Shown here: in pieces, positions 52,340-64,000 of the stretch
How the letters are laid out: each line of letters begins with the position of its first letter
Position numbering within the stretch: position 1 is the stretch's first letter
NCBI RefSeq assembly: GCF_037042905.1
Contig: NC_087245.1
Coordinates: forward strand, 558,001 to 622,000
Source of the DNA: Lytechinus pictus
Lineage: Eukaryota
Length of the DNA: 64,000 nt
Direction of reading: 5' to 3'
Made by a program: the position numbers and the translations under genes
The notes under the pieces: model-generated
The model's input: only the letters and a program-made list of their open reading frames with translations
What the model was told of the DNA's origin: nothing
Databases searched by the model: none

Positions 52340-53400
52340 CGGGCAGGAGTTCATTTTGACCAGGCGTTTTGACTTGGATCAATCATGCGCAGTTGCGGGA
52401 TCTATCATAACGTGAAAGATCTGTTAGAATCGATCGGGACCATTCAGTGCCATTCCTTGCCTGTTGGCCTGGTTCCTGCAGCTACATGATCTATCATGAC
52501 TTCTGCAGAAGTTGATTTGGACTTGTTAGTTCCATTTCCTGGTGTTTTGACCTGGAACAATCCTGCAGCTCCACGTACATGACGTGACAGATCTTGCTTG
52601 AGTTAATTTGGACCGGTCAGTTCCATTTCTATAGGCATGCTGGCCTGGATTCTGGAGCTAAATGACTCCTGCTGAAGTGGATTTGGACCTGTCCGTTCTT
52701 TCTCCAGGTGTTTGACATGGAACAATCCTGCAGCTCTAGGATTTGTCATCACGTAAAAGATTTTGCAACTGTTGATTTGGACCAGCTAGTTCTGTTTTCA
52801 GGCGTGCTGGCCTGGATCCTACAGCTCGGGGATCTATCATGACTTGAAAGCTTGTGCAGAAGTTGATTTGGACTTGTCCGTTATTTTTCAAGGTGTTTTG
52901 ACCCGGATCGATCCTGCAGCTCCAGGACTTAGCATCACTTGAAAGATATGTTAGATTCGATTTAAACCATTCAGTTCCTTTTCCAGGCATGTCGGTCTGG
53001 ATCCTGCAGCTACATGATCCATTGTGACTTCTGCAGAGGTTGATGTGGACCTGTCAGTTCCTATTCCAAGTGTTTTGACATGGATTAGTAATGTAGCTCT
53101 GGGATCTATCATGACGTGAAAGATCTCGCTAGAGTTGATTTGGACCTGTCAGTTCCGTTTCTAGGCATGTTGGCCTGGATCCTGCAGCTATGTGATTGAT
53201 CTATCATGAGATCGATCCTGCAGAAGTTGATTTGGACTTGTCCATTCTGTTTCCAGGTGTTTTGACCTGGATCAATCCTGCAGCTCCTGGAGCCATGACT
53301 TGAAAGCTCGTGCAGAAGTTGACTTGACCTGTTAATTCCAATTGCATGTATTTTGGCCAGGATCCGGCAGCTTCAAGATCGATCATGACTTGATAGATCT
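52340..53400. repeat. Degenerate complex minisatellite inside the transposon
   Basis: Recurring GTTGATTTGGAC(C/T)TGTC...CCTGGATCCTGCAGCT modules. Confidence 0.8.
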
Positions 53401-54506
53401 ATGCGCATCTGACTTTCTCACCTACGTATGTGAAGCACTTGTGATATCAGGTTGGCTGGATGCGGTCCATACTCGGCCACAAAGCATGAAGTTCTGATAT
53501 GCTTCTTCCTTCCACATACCTCCAATACTTCTTGGCATGTCCAACTCAGATGGAAATGATTCTACTGATGACACTACCACCTTGTCTCGCAATATAATTT
53601 CCTTATGGAGAGAAATGTTTCTTACACTTTGATTGATGAACAATTAATTGTCCCACCGAAGAGGATGATGAGTGTAACTTTCTTGATGTATTCCTCTGAT
53701 ATTCTTTGTCAAACATACTGCATGCTTCACAGTAGTCTTGCTTTCCCGTATTTATGATTAACCCAGTCTTAACTTAAATTTTTGAATAAATATATTTCCT
53801 ACTTTGAGAAGGCATGTGCGACACATAAAATGTACGTTCGATTCATTCGCTAGAATTGTACCCAAGCTATTGGAAACTTACAGTGTAAATACAAATCAAT
53901 TATTTTCCTTCATCATCTAGAAACTATTGCAAAATATAATGTACATTATATAAATGACTCAAATGCCCAGCATTATGATCAAATAAAAGAGATAGATACA
54001 GTGGCAATTGCTTCTAGTAAACTTGGGATTTGAATAATTAGATTTTTTTAAGATGCTCAAATATAATGGGCAAGAATGATGAAAGAAGACATTTCAAGCA
54101 GGTTGCAAAGCTCTGTACCAACAACACCTTTAAATTGCTTTCCATTTTCCAACCATACTTTTTTATGACCTGGGGAGCGTTTCATCAATATTTTCTTCCG
54201 ACAAGTTGTCAGATCTGACATCTTTCCATGATTTTGATTGGCTGAGAGGCACTTTTCCTATGGTAACTGTCGGATAAAATGGGACTTGTCGGATAAAACG
54301 TCCGACAAGTCCTTTCATGAAACGCCCCCCCCCCCTGGTACAACATACAATATCTTGCATTTTACCGCTTCATCTTCATGATTTGTTGGATGTGGCGTTA
54401 ATGATTAGTGTCAATTACAGAGATAACAATTTCTCTTAAAAGATTTTGTTGTATAATCGACAAATGTACTGCTTCGTGACATATTCACAAGTGGTATATA
54501 GTCGAT

Positions 54507-54950
54507 GCTTGGAGCTGTTTCAGGTCTACTGTCCATGCTATACAGTGAGCATACAGTCAATGCTGCTTGAGGCTGTTTCAGGTCTACTGTTTATGCTATA
54601 CAGTGAACATACAGTCAATGCTGCTTGAGGCTGTTTCAGGTCTACTGTCCATGCTATACAGTGAACATACAGTCAATGCTGCTTGAGGCTGTTTCAGGTC
54701 TACTGTTTATGCTATACAGTGAACATACAGTCAATGCTGCTTGAGGCTGTTTCAGGTCTACTGTCCATGCTATACAGTGAACATACAGTCAATGCTGCTT
54801 GAGGCTGTTTCAGGTCTACTGTTTATGCTATACAGTGAACATACAGTCAATCCTGCTTGAGGCTGTTTCAGGTCTACTGTGCATGCTATGTACAGTGCAC
54901 ATACAGTCAATGATGCTTGAGGCTGTTTCAGGTCAACTGTACATGCTATT
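54507..54950. repeat. 58-bp tandem repeat, ~7.5 units
   Basis: GCTTGAGGCTGTTTCAGG recurs at 54565, 54623, 54681, 54739, 54797 and 54855. Confidence 0.95.
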
Positions 54951-57471
54951 CAAGTCAGACAATAATATCAAAACTTTACTGACAAGTAAGTGTGTGGGCA
55001 TTAATCGCCATTGGTTCCCAATGAAGCTTTGTCATTTGGGAGCGATTAGTATAATTATCAATCAAATTTTAGCTTCCCCTTAAATTTCAATGTCTTTCCC
55101 AGTGTTCCATGTACATCCACTACAATACCCTGTCACAATTTCATAACAGGCGAGATGCTAATAATTATTAAATAGTAGGCACATTCAATGACCTAGTGAT
55201 GATTTTTGTCAATGTGTTAACTTGTCATGTATGAATAAAAAGTATGAAGAAATATAATCAAATCCTGTAGATCAAAATTAGGTTTATTACCTATATACGA
55301 TTATTATGCAGATATTATAATTATTTGGACTGCTTTTGATTTTTTCAGGCTTATAAGATAGTTTTTACTCCCAGGTTTCATACTTTGACCAATTTTCCAA
55401 CAATTTTCATTCAAATATTATGGCCAGATGTGGTATTCAGGATATTATCTGTAGTTGCTAAGGAAAATGTGTTGCTTAGCAACTGTTGCTGTACATGGTT
55501 GGAACGTTGCTTGATTTGTGATTGTAAATTTGGCGCTTAGAAGTCAAAATATAGTTTTTAAAATGAAGATTACACCCCCAGAATGGCGGTTGCTAGGGTA
55601 AATATGTTACCTAGCAACTGTTACTATACGAAGAGAGATCAGATTGGCACCCCCTGCTAAAAATGTTCAGCACTGTTTACTCTACCTGTCAGCCAAATTT
55701 CATGCTTGTACCATAATCTGAACAATTCTTGCTATTTTTTGCACCGATCATCCAGACTAATCCTCTCAGGAAATGGTTCCTCAACAGAGAACATCTCCCT
55801 TTTTGTTGATTACCACATTAAGCCCCTTGTCTCACGTGCACCCTCTTACATCCACGACACTCCAGACTTTCTCAGGAAACTAAATGACATCAAGGACCAG
55901 ATACCCGAGACTGCGATCATCGGCACTTTCGATGTTTCTTCACTGTACACCAGCATTCCCCACGACGAAGGTATCCAAGCATCATGTGAAGCCTTGGCCG
56001 CCAGTGGCCATTCCAGTCCCCCCATATCCGATATCAAATCTCTGATGTCTCATGTACTAACAAAAAACAACTTCACATTCATGGGCAAGCACTACCTACA
56101 GATATTCGGTACAGCAATGGGCACCCGGATGGCTCCTTCATTCGCCTGTCTCTTCATGACGAAGCTGGAACAGCAGATGTTAGATTCAGCCCCCTGTCGC
56201 CCATGGATTTGGTGGCGTTACATAGACGACATTTTCTTCATCTGGACCAGGGATGAAGACAGCCTCCATACATTCATTGACCACATCAATTCCTTCCACA
56301 GGACCATCAAATTCACTTCTGATTTCTCCCAACAGGAAACCCACTTCCTTGATGTTACAGTCCAGAAAAAGTCTAATGGTATCACCACTACCCTATACTC
56401 TAAACCCACAGATACCCACCAGTACCTCCACTCATCCAGCTGCCACCCCCGTCACTGCAAAACCGGCATCGCTTACAGTCAAGCCCTCAGACTTCGCCGT
56501 ATCTGCTCCAAGGACCCTGATTTTTCCTTCCATGCCAGGAATTTGCAGAAACATCTCTGAGCCAGGGGCCACGGGGCCAGGGCAGTCCAACTGGCAATTA
56601 ACAAAGTTCGTTCTCTCCCCAGATCTGAAGTTCTCAAACCAAAAAGTGACAAGGAGACCACCGACAGAATACCGCTTGTGACCACCTTCCATCCCAATCT
56701 ACCCCCTCTCCGCAAAATCCTGTTTGATAACCACCACATTTTACACACTTCTGATCGTCTCCAACAGGCCGTTCCCGATACTCCCCTTCTAGCATACCGA
56801 CGCCCACCGAATCTCAGGGACCTCATTGTTCGTGCTGAAGTGCCCTCCCTCACTAACCATTCTTCTCCCATACAGCATGGCACCTTCAAATGCACCAGCA
56901 ACAGGTGCATCATATGTGAAATACACCTTCACGAGGGCGATACTTTCACCAGCAACTCTACCAGCCTGTCTCACCAAATCAAGGGCAACATCACATGCAC
57001 TACCACTAATGTTGTATATCTCATCACTTGCAGAGTTTGTAGGGTACAATACATAGGGGAAACCAAGACCACACTCAAGAAACGATTCTACGGGCACAGA
57101 TCCACCGTCAACACAGCAAAGCTGGACACTCCAGTTGGCCGCCATTTTAACCTCCCCAACCACTCCATCACTGACATGATGCTACAGCTACAGGGCATCG
57201 AATCTTTAGGTACCCGTCCTGACTCAGTCCGTACTAGCAGGGAGAAGCTCTGGATGAGACGACTTCACACCACCCAACCTCATGGCCTGAACATCCAAGA
57301 GGGGAACGACTGATTTTTCTTTCCTATCCACTTTCAATTTATATATACATATAATTTTTCCCCTCAGCTCTTTTGAATAGTTACATTATAGTTTCTTACT
57401 CTACTTTCCTCCCATATCTCATGCAAGCTCAGAGCTCAATTTTTCCTTCCTTATTCAGGCGATATAATAAT

Positions 57472-57512
<41 letters not shown>

Positions 57513-58251
57513 TTTTCTCCACTCACCTCTTTTAGATTTACCACATTTGCTTATTTACATGTATACTATGGTTTCTTCATAATACACCCCCTCTCTTCTA
57601 TATTTGCTTTTACCTTTTTAGGCAATTTGCTTCCTCTTTTTCACATATACAGGTTTTTTTTTTTCCCTAATATATAGTCTTATGTTTTTTTCCCGTCACA
57701 CCTAGCGGATTACAATATCAGTTACACCATATGTGTATTTATATATTTTTTCATATACATTTATTTTTTGGATATATTTATATACATATCACTTATAGAT
57801 ACACTTTTACACTTACCTTCTTCTCTTAGTTTGTTTAATGCTTTATATATACTTATATGTCTTTTGCACATTATCAGTTGTTCCCCATTCTTTTTCTTTT
57901 CTTTTTTTCCCCACTCTTATGCACCAGTTTATTAAGCCTTTCTTTGTAACCTGTTTGACCCACCTCTCACTAATTCTCTTGTTTTTCATCCCATTATCAC
58001 TGTTTTGTTCCAGATCCTGTTTGATGTTGCCTGCCTCATTATTTTAATCCCTCTTGGCTTGAGGTCTTTTACTGGCCCTACTTACACTAACTTTCCTTTG
58101 TGTCTGCCTACTCCTTTTCTTTCATCCCCTTCACTAACCTGATTGGTCTTCTCTACTCACTAATGCCCCTTTTGTCTCCTTGTTTCTAGTGTTGCTGTAG
58201 CTTGTTTGTGGTCTATATTATGGTTGTTCCACTTTATATGTTTGTCATTTT

Positions 58252-58290
58252 GCCTCCGACGAAGATTCTGCTAGGATCGAAAGCTTAGGC
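58252..58290 (+). ncRNA. Minimal type I hammerhead ribozyme in the Penelope-like 3' end
   Basis: GCCT-CCGACGA-A-GATTCT/gct/AGGATC-GAAA-GC-TT-AGGC: stem I GCCT/AGGC, stem II, palindromic AGCT stem III. The core has C in place of U4. Confidence 0.75.
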
Positions 58291-58626
58291 CCCCTTTTTG
58301 ACTTTCTGAAACTATAACTCTCATAAGACTTCTGTTGAAGATGTTTATACTAAGTTCCGATCGAGATTCTTTTATCACTGTCAGTTATTGCTGTGTTCAT
58401 TTGTATTGTCCGTTACTCACCTATAAAATAATGAATGTGCTGTGTTCATCACGAGCGTGAGAAATATTTTTAGTCATTCATAATAATACTTTAATATTAC
58501 GATTTTGTTGTTCTTAATTGCGATTTAAAATGTTTTGAAAGTATAGGTTAATAAACCGTTAATTGACAGGAAATAAGATTTCTATTTTTACATAATACAT
58601 TATGTAGGCCTACTATGTAGGCCTAC

Positions 58627-59445
58627 TAGGCTTGGGGTAATAGCAATAAAACTCAACTACATAGGTTGTTTGTCATTCAAAAACGTGCGGTTAGAAACAT
58701 AAACAATGCTGGTTTTCTTTCCCATACAAGTCGTTACTTTCATGGAAATCAACTTCTCAAAATCTCAGACTTATATAGATATAATTTAGGAATTTTTATG
58801 TTCCAGCTATCCACAAATGAATTACCAGCCATTGTCACCTTATTATTTGTTAAACGAAATGTAATTCATTCATACGCAACTCGACAAAGTACATTTTATC
58901 ATTTACCACTGACTCGAACAACCTTTGCTCAGAAAACAATTACTTTCTCAGGACCGAAGTACTGGAACGGACTATCCAAAGACATTTCAGACTCCAATTC
59001 ATTGTTTATATTCAAACGTAAACTTAAACATACTTTTTTGAATGATTATGCAGTTCAGGCAGCAGTAGATATCTAAACCTTTCAGCAGCTCCATTTTACC
59101 TTCATACCTCCCTTTAAAACATTACTTTCTTTCCAGGGCGTGCCACAGATGTGATTAAACCAATTGGTACATAAACTTTTGCTTTTCTTTTACCTTGTTA
59201 TTTTTAATAGCTATATAGCCTTATGTCTTATCACCTCCTTCCATTGGGGCCTATAACTCACAAGCTCTGCTTTCAACTTAGGCCCCTCCATTTTTCACTG
59301 ATTTAAATTCTTATTGCGTATAACTTCTGTCTCAATAACGATTTATTTCAACTCAATATAATTATGTTATACTCATGTCAAGCATGTTAATGTCTGTATA
59401 TGAATAATGGAAATAAACTAAACTGAAACTGAACTGAAACTGAAA
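58627..59445 (+). mobile_element. L2/Crack-group LINE 3' fragment
   Basis: QKRAVRNI...HSYATR...FSGPKYWN...FKRKLK; 3' UTR ends AATAAA followed by an (AACTG)-type tail. Confidence 0.8.
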
Positions 59446-61539
59446 TACAGCGTGTGTGAAAGAGAGAGGAAGAGGGGTGGGGTTGTAGGATGGTCGAAGG
59501 GAGAGAGCGATAGGGGATCGAGGGGTCGTGGCGTGGACGATGACAAGGGGATGTTGAGATCGTGTGTGTGGGATTGGTGAAGAATTCAATATTCAAAGCG
59601 AATACATTTTTATAGACGTGTCTATACTTCTACTGATGATGACGGCTGAATAATCTTTCTTTACATGTATATTTTGGTGAATTTAAAAAATATTTTCTTG
59701 CACCATGAGTGGGATGATCGAGGTACGTGATTCAATAAATTGCATCACAATATCACTATAGGTGTAATTTGAAATTCACGAACAGTTTATTAAAAATGAA
59801 TAAAAGAGAAAGATCTTCTTAATTTTATAGCCCCCATCCAGCGTAAACACCATGAAGAGTATTTGAGGTCACGAAATCAGCTGATTCGCACTCAAACAAC
59901 AGGTTAACAGGTCACACACGTGGGACACATTCCAAGGGCGGGAATTTGGGGAAACCCGTTTTCAAGCACAATGATTGGCTCAACCCAGAAAGTGAATACT
60001 AATTAGATCACGTGCCATCGGCTTTGGGGCGTCTCGTTCACATTCCAACTCATTTCATAATCATCCACTCGCAGTATAATTAGGCTAACGACGTTGTGAA
60101 GATATAATTCATATATTAAAAGCACAATTCCGATATAAAACGTAAAGACATAAGTGAACTTGAAAAATTCATCCAACGATATTCAAATTATACTAGCAAC
60201 TCATGTGGGCGTGAACAAACGATATACATTTCCGATATCCTCTAAAACGTTCACACATATCAACTTCAATAATTCGTACTTGAAACGAATATCTGTGAAT
60301 AAATTGCCAATTCCACTTTGTTGAATGTGTACTTCTATCGAAATCTATTGAATCACGTACCCCTCCCGACCCAAGGTGGATTTTCCAATCGCCATAAAGA
60401 TTATGCAGCCACAATCACAGTAGACACATCCATAAATGAATATCAATTTCATTCGCTACGAACAATCCCCTCCCCACAAAGTCACAAACATCCCATCATT
60501 TTCATCTACATTGCCCATGGCCACCCCCCATTATTCTCTCTTTCTCCTTTACACAAATTAATTTCAAATAATATTTTATTTCAAATCGTAGTTAAGCAAT
60601 TGTACAACAAATTCATAAAGCATTCACTGTGATGACTAAAAACATTGGCAGGCAAAGAGTAATAAAGAACAATACAAATGAAAATACACTGTACGTATAA
60701 CTCCCTTAACTCACATTAAAAAATGAGTCGTAATGATAAAAAATGTGAATAATATTAATAAATATTATTACTTATGAAAATTATAAGATTCAATGAATAT
60801 ATGAAAAAAATCAAATTAAATTAGTTTTGGATCCCATCTAATTTTGGAAGACTCGGATCCCCGGATCAAGGATTTTGATGCCATGTGCGATTTGTATTAT
60901 GAATGTGACCGTTGCGAGCGCAAGTGCAGTGGCACAGAACTTGGTAGACACGCCGTCGCGAAATTAATCAACAGTTTCAAAAGATCGATGTAGAGATCAA
61001 GACTTTGGAAATAATGGAGTAAAATCGGAATTTAAATGTGAATAAATAATTTTGCTGTAAGTAAATGAGTTGGACATTATATCAATCCATTCCATTGGCT
61101 TTGTCATTATTAACGTGATCTTTGAATAATTTTCTCAATTCGCTCTACGGCAGTGTCATCAGAAAAGCATTCAAATGAATTCATGTAGTCGATGTAGCTA
61201 AGTGGGACGAGATGAAATTAAATTTCGATCGAATTTTGATAGTAATTTTGACACACTTTATTTTTGACAAAATAAGTGACAATATCAACTGAAATTCGTA
61301 TTTAATCTAAATTACATTTCCCAAGCCAGTAACCCACGATACCCCTCTCCCCTCACTTGTTTTTGAACGTATTTACTACCATTTGAAAGAAGTAAATAAT
61401 GTGAGCAATGGGATACGCAAATGCGAGGTACATGTAAACATCTTCGCGTTTCCCACAAAAGAGATTGGACATCGAGACCGAGGCTATAGCACTAGCGCAT
61501 ATATAGACTTGGTCAAATTCGCGCATGCGCCCTACACCC

Positions 61540-62460
61540 TCGGTACCGGTCTCGATCGGCCATTTTGCTATGAATTCTGAAAGAGCTAGGCCTACCGCGA
61601 CATAACTTTTTGTTTTTTTGAGGTTCCAGTCTGTGCCTCGATGTCAGGATATTGCCTAGACAGCTGGCAGCCGTCTGTTTCGAGGAGTTTTTCAGCATTT
61701 TTAAAAATTTTTTAATTTCTCCTCGTACACAGACGGCTCGCTATCGATCGTGCAGCCACCATTAGGGGACTTACAATGCAAAATCCCCCCAACGGGGCAC
61801 ATTGATTTTTGTCTTTATTTCATAAAAATATTGAAAAAGAATTGAACCAAAATAGAGATTATTATTCAGTTTTGGCCTGAAATGCACCAAAACGGGGAAA
61901 AATAAACTTATAAGGGGAAAAACAGTGACTTACTTCGGCTGTTGTGCAACTTCACTCTCCCGTTTTATCAGAACTTAAGTACATAAACATATGGCCATTG
62001 AGTCCCCTGTACAGATCGCACTAAAATATTAGGTCTCTGTATATGGTGAGTGGAGCCAACGAGTAGTAGTTCAGCGGAACAACAATGCAACATGATAAAA
62101 AAAAGTCATTAACAGAGACCGAAGCTTTTGGTCTAGATACATACTGCCACACGCGATAGACTAACCCAGAGAACTCCCGCCCGCGCAGCGGGCGGGAGCC
62201 CAGAAGCTTACCGTGTATTTTACCGTTGTCACCGGACTAGGGTGATTTATGGTCTAAATATTTCTCCAAATGAATTGTGAAAACAGAAAGTATACAATTA
62301 CCACGATTATATGGATGAAGGTCTAACGAGTGGCAGATTCCTGACATCTGGGCACAGTCTGGAACCTCAAAAAAACGAAAAGTTCTCTCCTTCTACCCCG
62401 TCTCGATCGGCCATTTTTGTTAAAAATCGTAACAAAATGGCCGATCGAGACTGGGTAGAA
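61540..62460. repeat. GC-richer repeat with internal inverted repeats; a further copy starts at 63902
   Basis: 61610-61660 is an imperfect inverted match of 62330-62375; 62300-62398 is the exact reverse complement of 63902-64000. Confidence 0.65.
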
Positions 62461-63230
62461 GCACTCATCCTACGAACGAGGTTATATTATAATTAATAAT
62501 ATAACCTCGTTCTCGTGTGTATACACTAGCATGGCCAAAAAAAGCATCGACTATTTTCCTCCTCTTCCCTCACCCAAACATCATGACCTTATCGAACTAG
62601 ATCAAGTGTGATACTTGACATAAATTTATATAACAAATATGATCTAATTGCTGAAAATAATATGAAAAATGACTTAAAACTCACCGATTTTTCCACCTCC
62701 GGTGACCGTCACTACTCTTGGTTCATTCAATGGTGTTTGACCGTGACAAATCGAAAAAGAAAAAAATATCACGAAGCCATAGAGGTCCATCCACCCGGAT
62801 GGATGAAACACTACTCGTGATGCATTCTGGTAAACATGTCTCGATAGCCTCGACAGATTGGCAATTTTGTTTCGTCTAGATAAACATGTTTAAAGAATAA
62901 AAAAGTCCAAAAACTCCAAATGGCTATTTTGGGGGGCTTATCTATAATATTTCTAGTACTGTATCCAGAGCATCATTTGTCTGTTTTCCTCTTCCCTTAC
63001 CCTTTCTTTCTTTTTTCTTTTGAGCGTAAATTAATTCTTTTGATTTTTTATTTCTTACTTTTTTCTCAGTCTTTGTTCTTTGTTTTTTTTTTCTTTATTT
63101 TTTAAGGGGAACTCTCCCCTCCTCCTGAAATTTAAGGGGTATTGAATGTGTAACCCCCCCCCCTCCGCCGCCTGTGACAACAATAATTCTTGTGTAAAAA
63201 AAAATAGTGAACAAAATATTGAGTGTCAGG

Positions 63231-63468
63231 CAGTGGCGTACCCAGGATTTTCCAAAGGGGGGGGGGGGGCAAATTCGTCCGCCAAAAAATTTGAAAAAAA
63301 AAAAAAAAAAAAAAAAGCTGGGTCTTCAAGTTCAAAAGAGGGGGCCACTTGTGGCTCGTCACAGGGATCAGTTGTGACTCGTCAGGGGGGCAGGGGTACG
63401 TCCCTTGCATGAGTTGTGACTCGTCAGGGGGTGCAGTGTGCCCTCCCTGCCCCTTAGGTACGTTAGTG
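63231..63468 (+). mobile_element. hAT-type MITE, family copy 3
   Basis: Perfect 8-bp TSD GTGTCAGG (63223-63230, 63469-63476). Confidence 0.9.
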
Positions 63469-63486
63469 GTGTCAGGTGAGAAAAAG

Positions 63487-63785
63487 ACTACAGTCCCCGG
63501 ATCGCGGAGCTTCCTATTATTATGCTTCACCGGAAACAGGTAGGAGCTTATTGTAACCAGCTCTGTGGTTGCCACTGTTCAGTGGCTAGCTTTCTTTTAT
63601 TCAGCACAAGAGGGCGTGCTGAAATACTTACGTAGGAGACTATGGACCAGACGAGAATAAGGAAAATTTTCCTTATGATTTTACCCGATTTAGAAAGAAA
63701 TCTTCAATTGAAGGACGATATTTGACTCATTGGGCATTGGAATCCTGTTTAAGTAGAACCAAAATCAACACAAGAATTGGTAAGT
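63487..63785 (+). promoter_or_regulatory. Possible housekeeping-type promoter and first exon of a + strand gene continuing beyond the window
   Basis: ACTACAGTCCCCG fits ACTAYRNNNCCCR (ZNF143/THAP11-type); ETS-like CCGGAA near 63530; donor TG|GTAAGT at 63780. Confidence 0.35.
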
Positions 63786-64000
63786 CAGACTCTTTTACTT
63801 CGCGCGTTCCTACATAGAAATGACAGTGTTAGCGGCACTGGTCTCAGATCAGTCCCACCCCGTACATTTTTCTGTATGGCGAATGGTCGGGGTGAACCAG
63901 TGGGTAGAAGGAGAGAACTTTTCGTTTTTTTGAGGTTCCAGACTGTGCCCAGATGTCAGGAATCTGCCACTCGTTAGACCTTCATCCATATAATCGTGGT

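Larger units (their letters stand above)
51018..55759. mobile_element. 4.7-kb Academ-like DNA transposon (non-autonomous or decayed)
   Basis: TAGTCT...AGACTA termini, ~170-bp imperfect TIRs, 3-bp TSD ATC (51015-51017, 55760-55762). Superfamily assigned from termini and TSD only. Confidence 0.85.
50256..57313 (+). pseudogene. Penelope-like RT/GIY-YIG ORF; join(50256..51017,55763..57313), one premature TGA at 56558-56560
   Basis: Removing the insertion and one ATC restores ...GRPILSGNGS.... ORFs 55706 and 56678 are in the same frame on either side of a single stop. Confidence 0.9.
50254..58305 (+). mobile_element. 5'-truncated Penelope-like retroelement (RT + GIY-YIG, probably Neptune-type), interrupted by a DNA transposon
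   Basis: 14-bp TSD CTGAAACTATAACT (50240-50253, 58306-58319). Motifs ADKG, LPKIHK, GTAMG, YIDD, Cys-rich linker CTSNRCIIC, VVYLITC...YIGET; 3' hammerhead. Confidence 0.95.

Noticed and set aside
54507..54950. Possible CRISPR array
   Set aside because: Units are contiguous with no unique spacers, there are no cas genes, and the context is eukaryotic.
58330..58400. Minus-strand YKHLQQ as the missing SMNDC1 N-terminus
   Set aside because: Preceded by an in-frame TAG and not followed by a splice donor.

Overview
AT-rich, repeat-dense animal genomic DNA with spliced genes. The repeat families suggest an echinoderm, probably a sea urchin (inference). Four genes were assembled by hand from GT-AG splice sites with consistent phases: (1) the 3' end of a FN3 + Pro/Thr-stalk + transmembrane protein (+, 1273-4950); (2) a small 86-aa, Cys-free, signal-peptide-less protein resembling anti-lipopolysaccharide factor (ALF) (-, 10921-13175), missed by the ORF track; (3) a 9-exon, 532-aa caspase with intact catalytic residues (+, 15368-27114), whose prodomain is not a CARD/DED but a paralog of that ALF-like protein (21/64 identities, same phase-0 intron); (4) SMNDC1/SPF30 (-, 34483-46267; first coding exon not found). 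Genes 2 and 3 lie head-to-head across a ~1.1 kb spacer with three consensus kB sites and two perfect CRE sites. The main candidate novel system is therefore an inducible pair of a cytosolic ALF-only protein and an ALF-domain caspase, possibly a cytosolic LPS sensor analogous to caspase-4/5/11 (hypothesis only). The rest is mobile DNA: a Penelope-like retroelement with a hammerhead ribozyme split by a 4.7-kb Academ-like transposon, tRNA-SINEs, LINE remnants, Helentron-like satellite elements and many MITEs.
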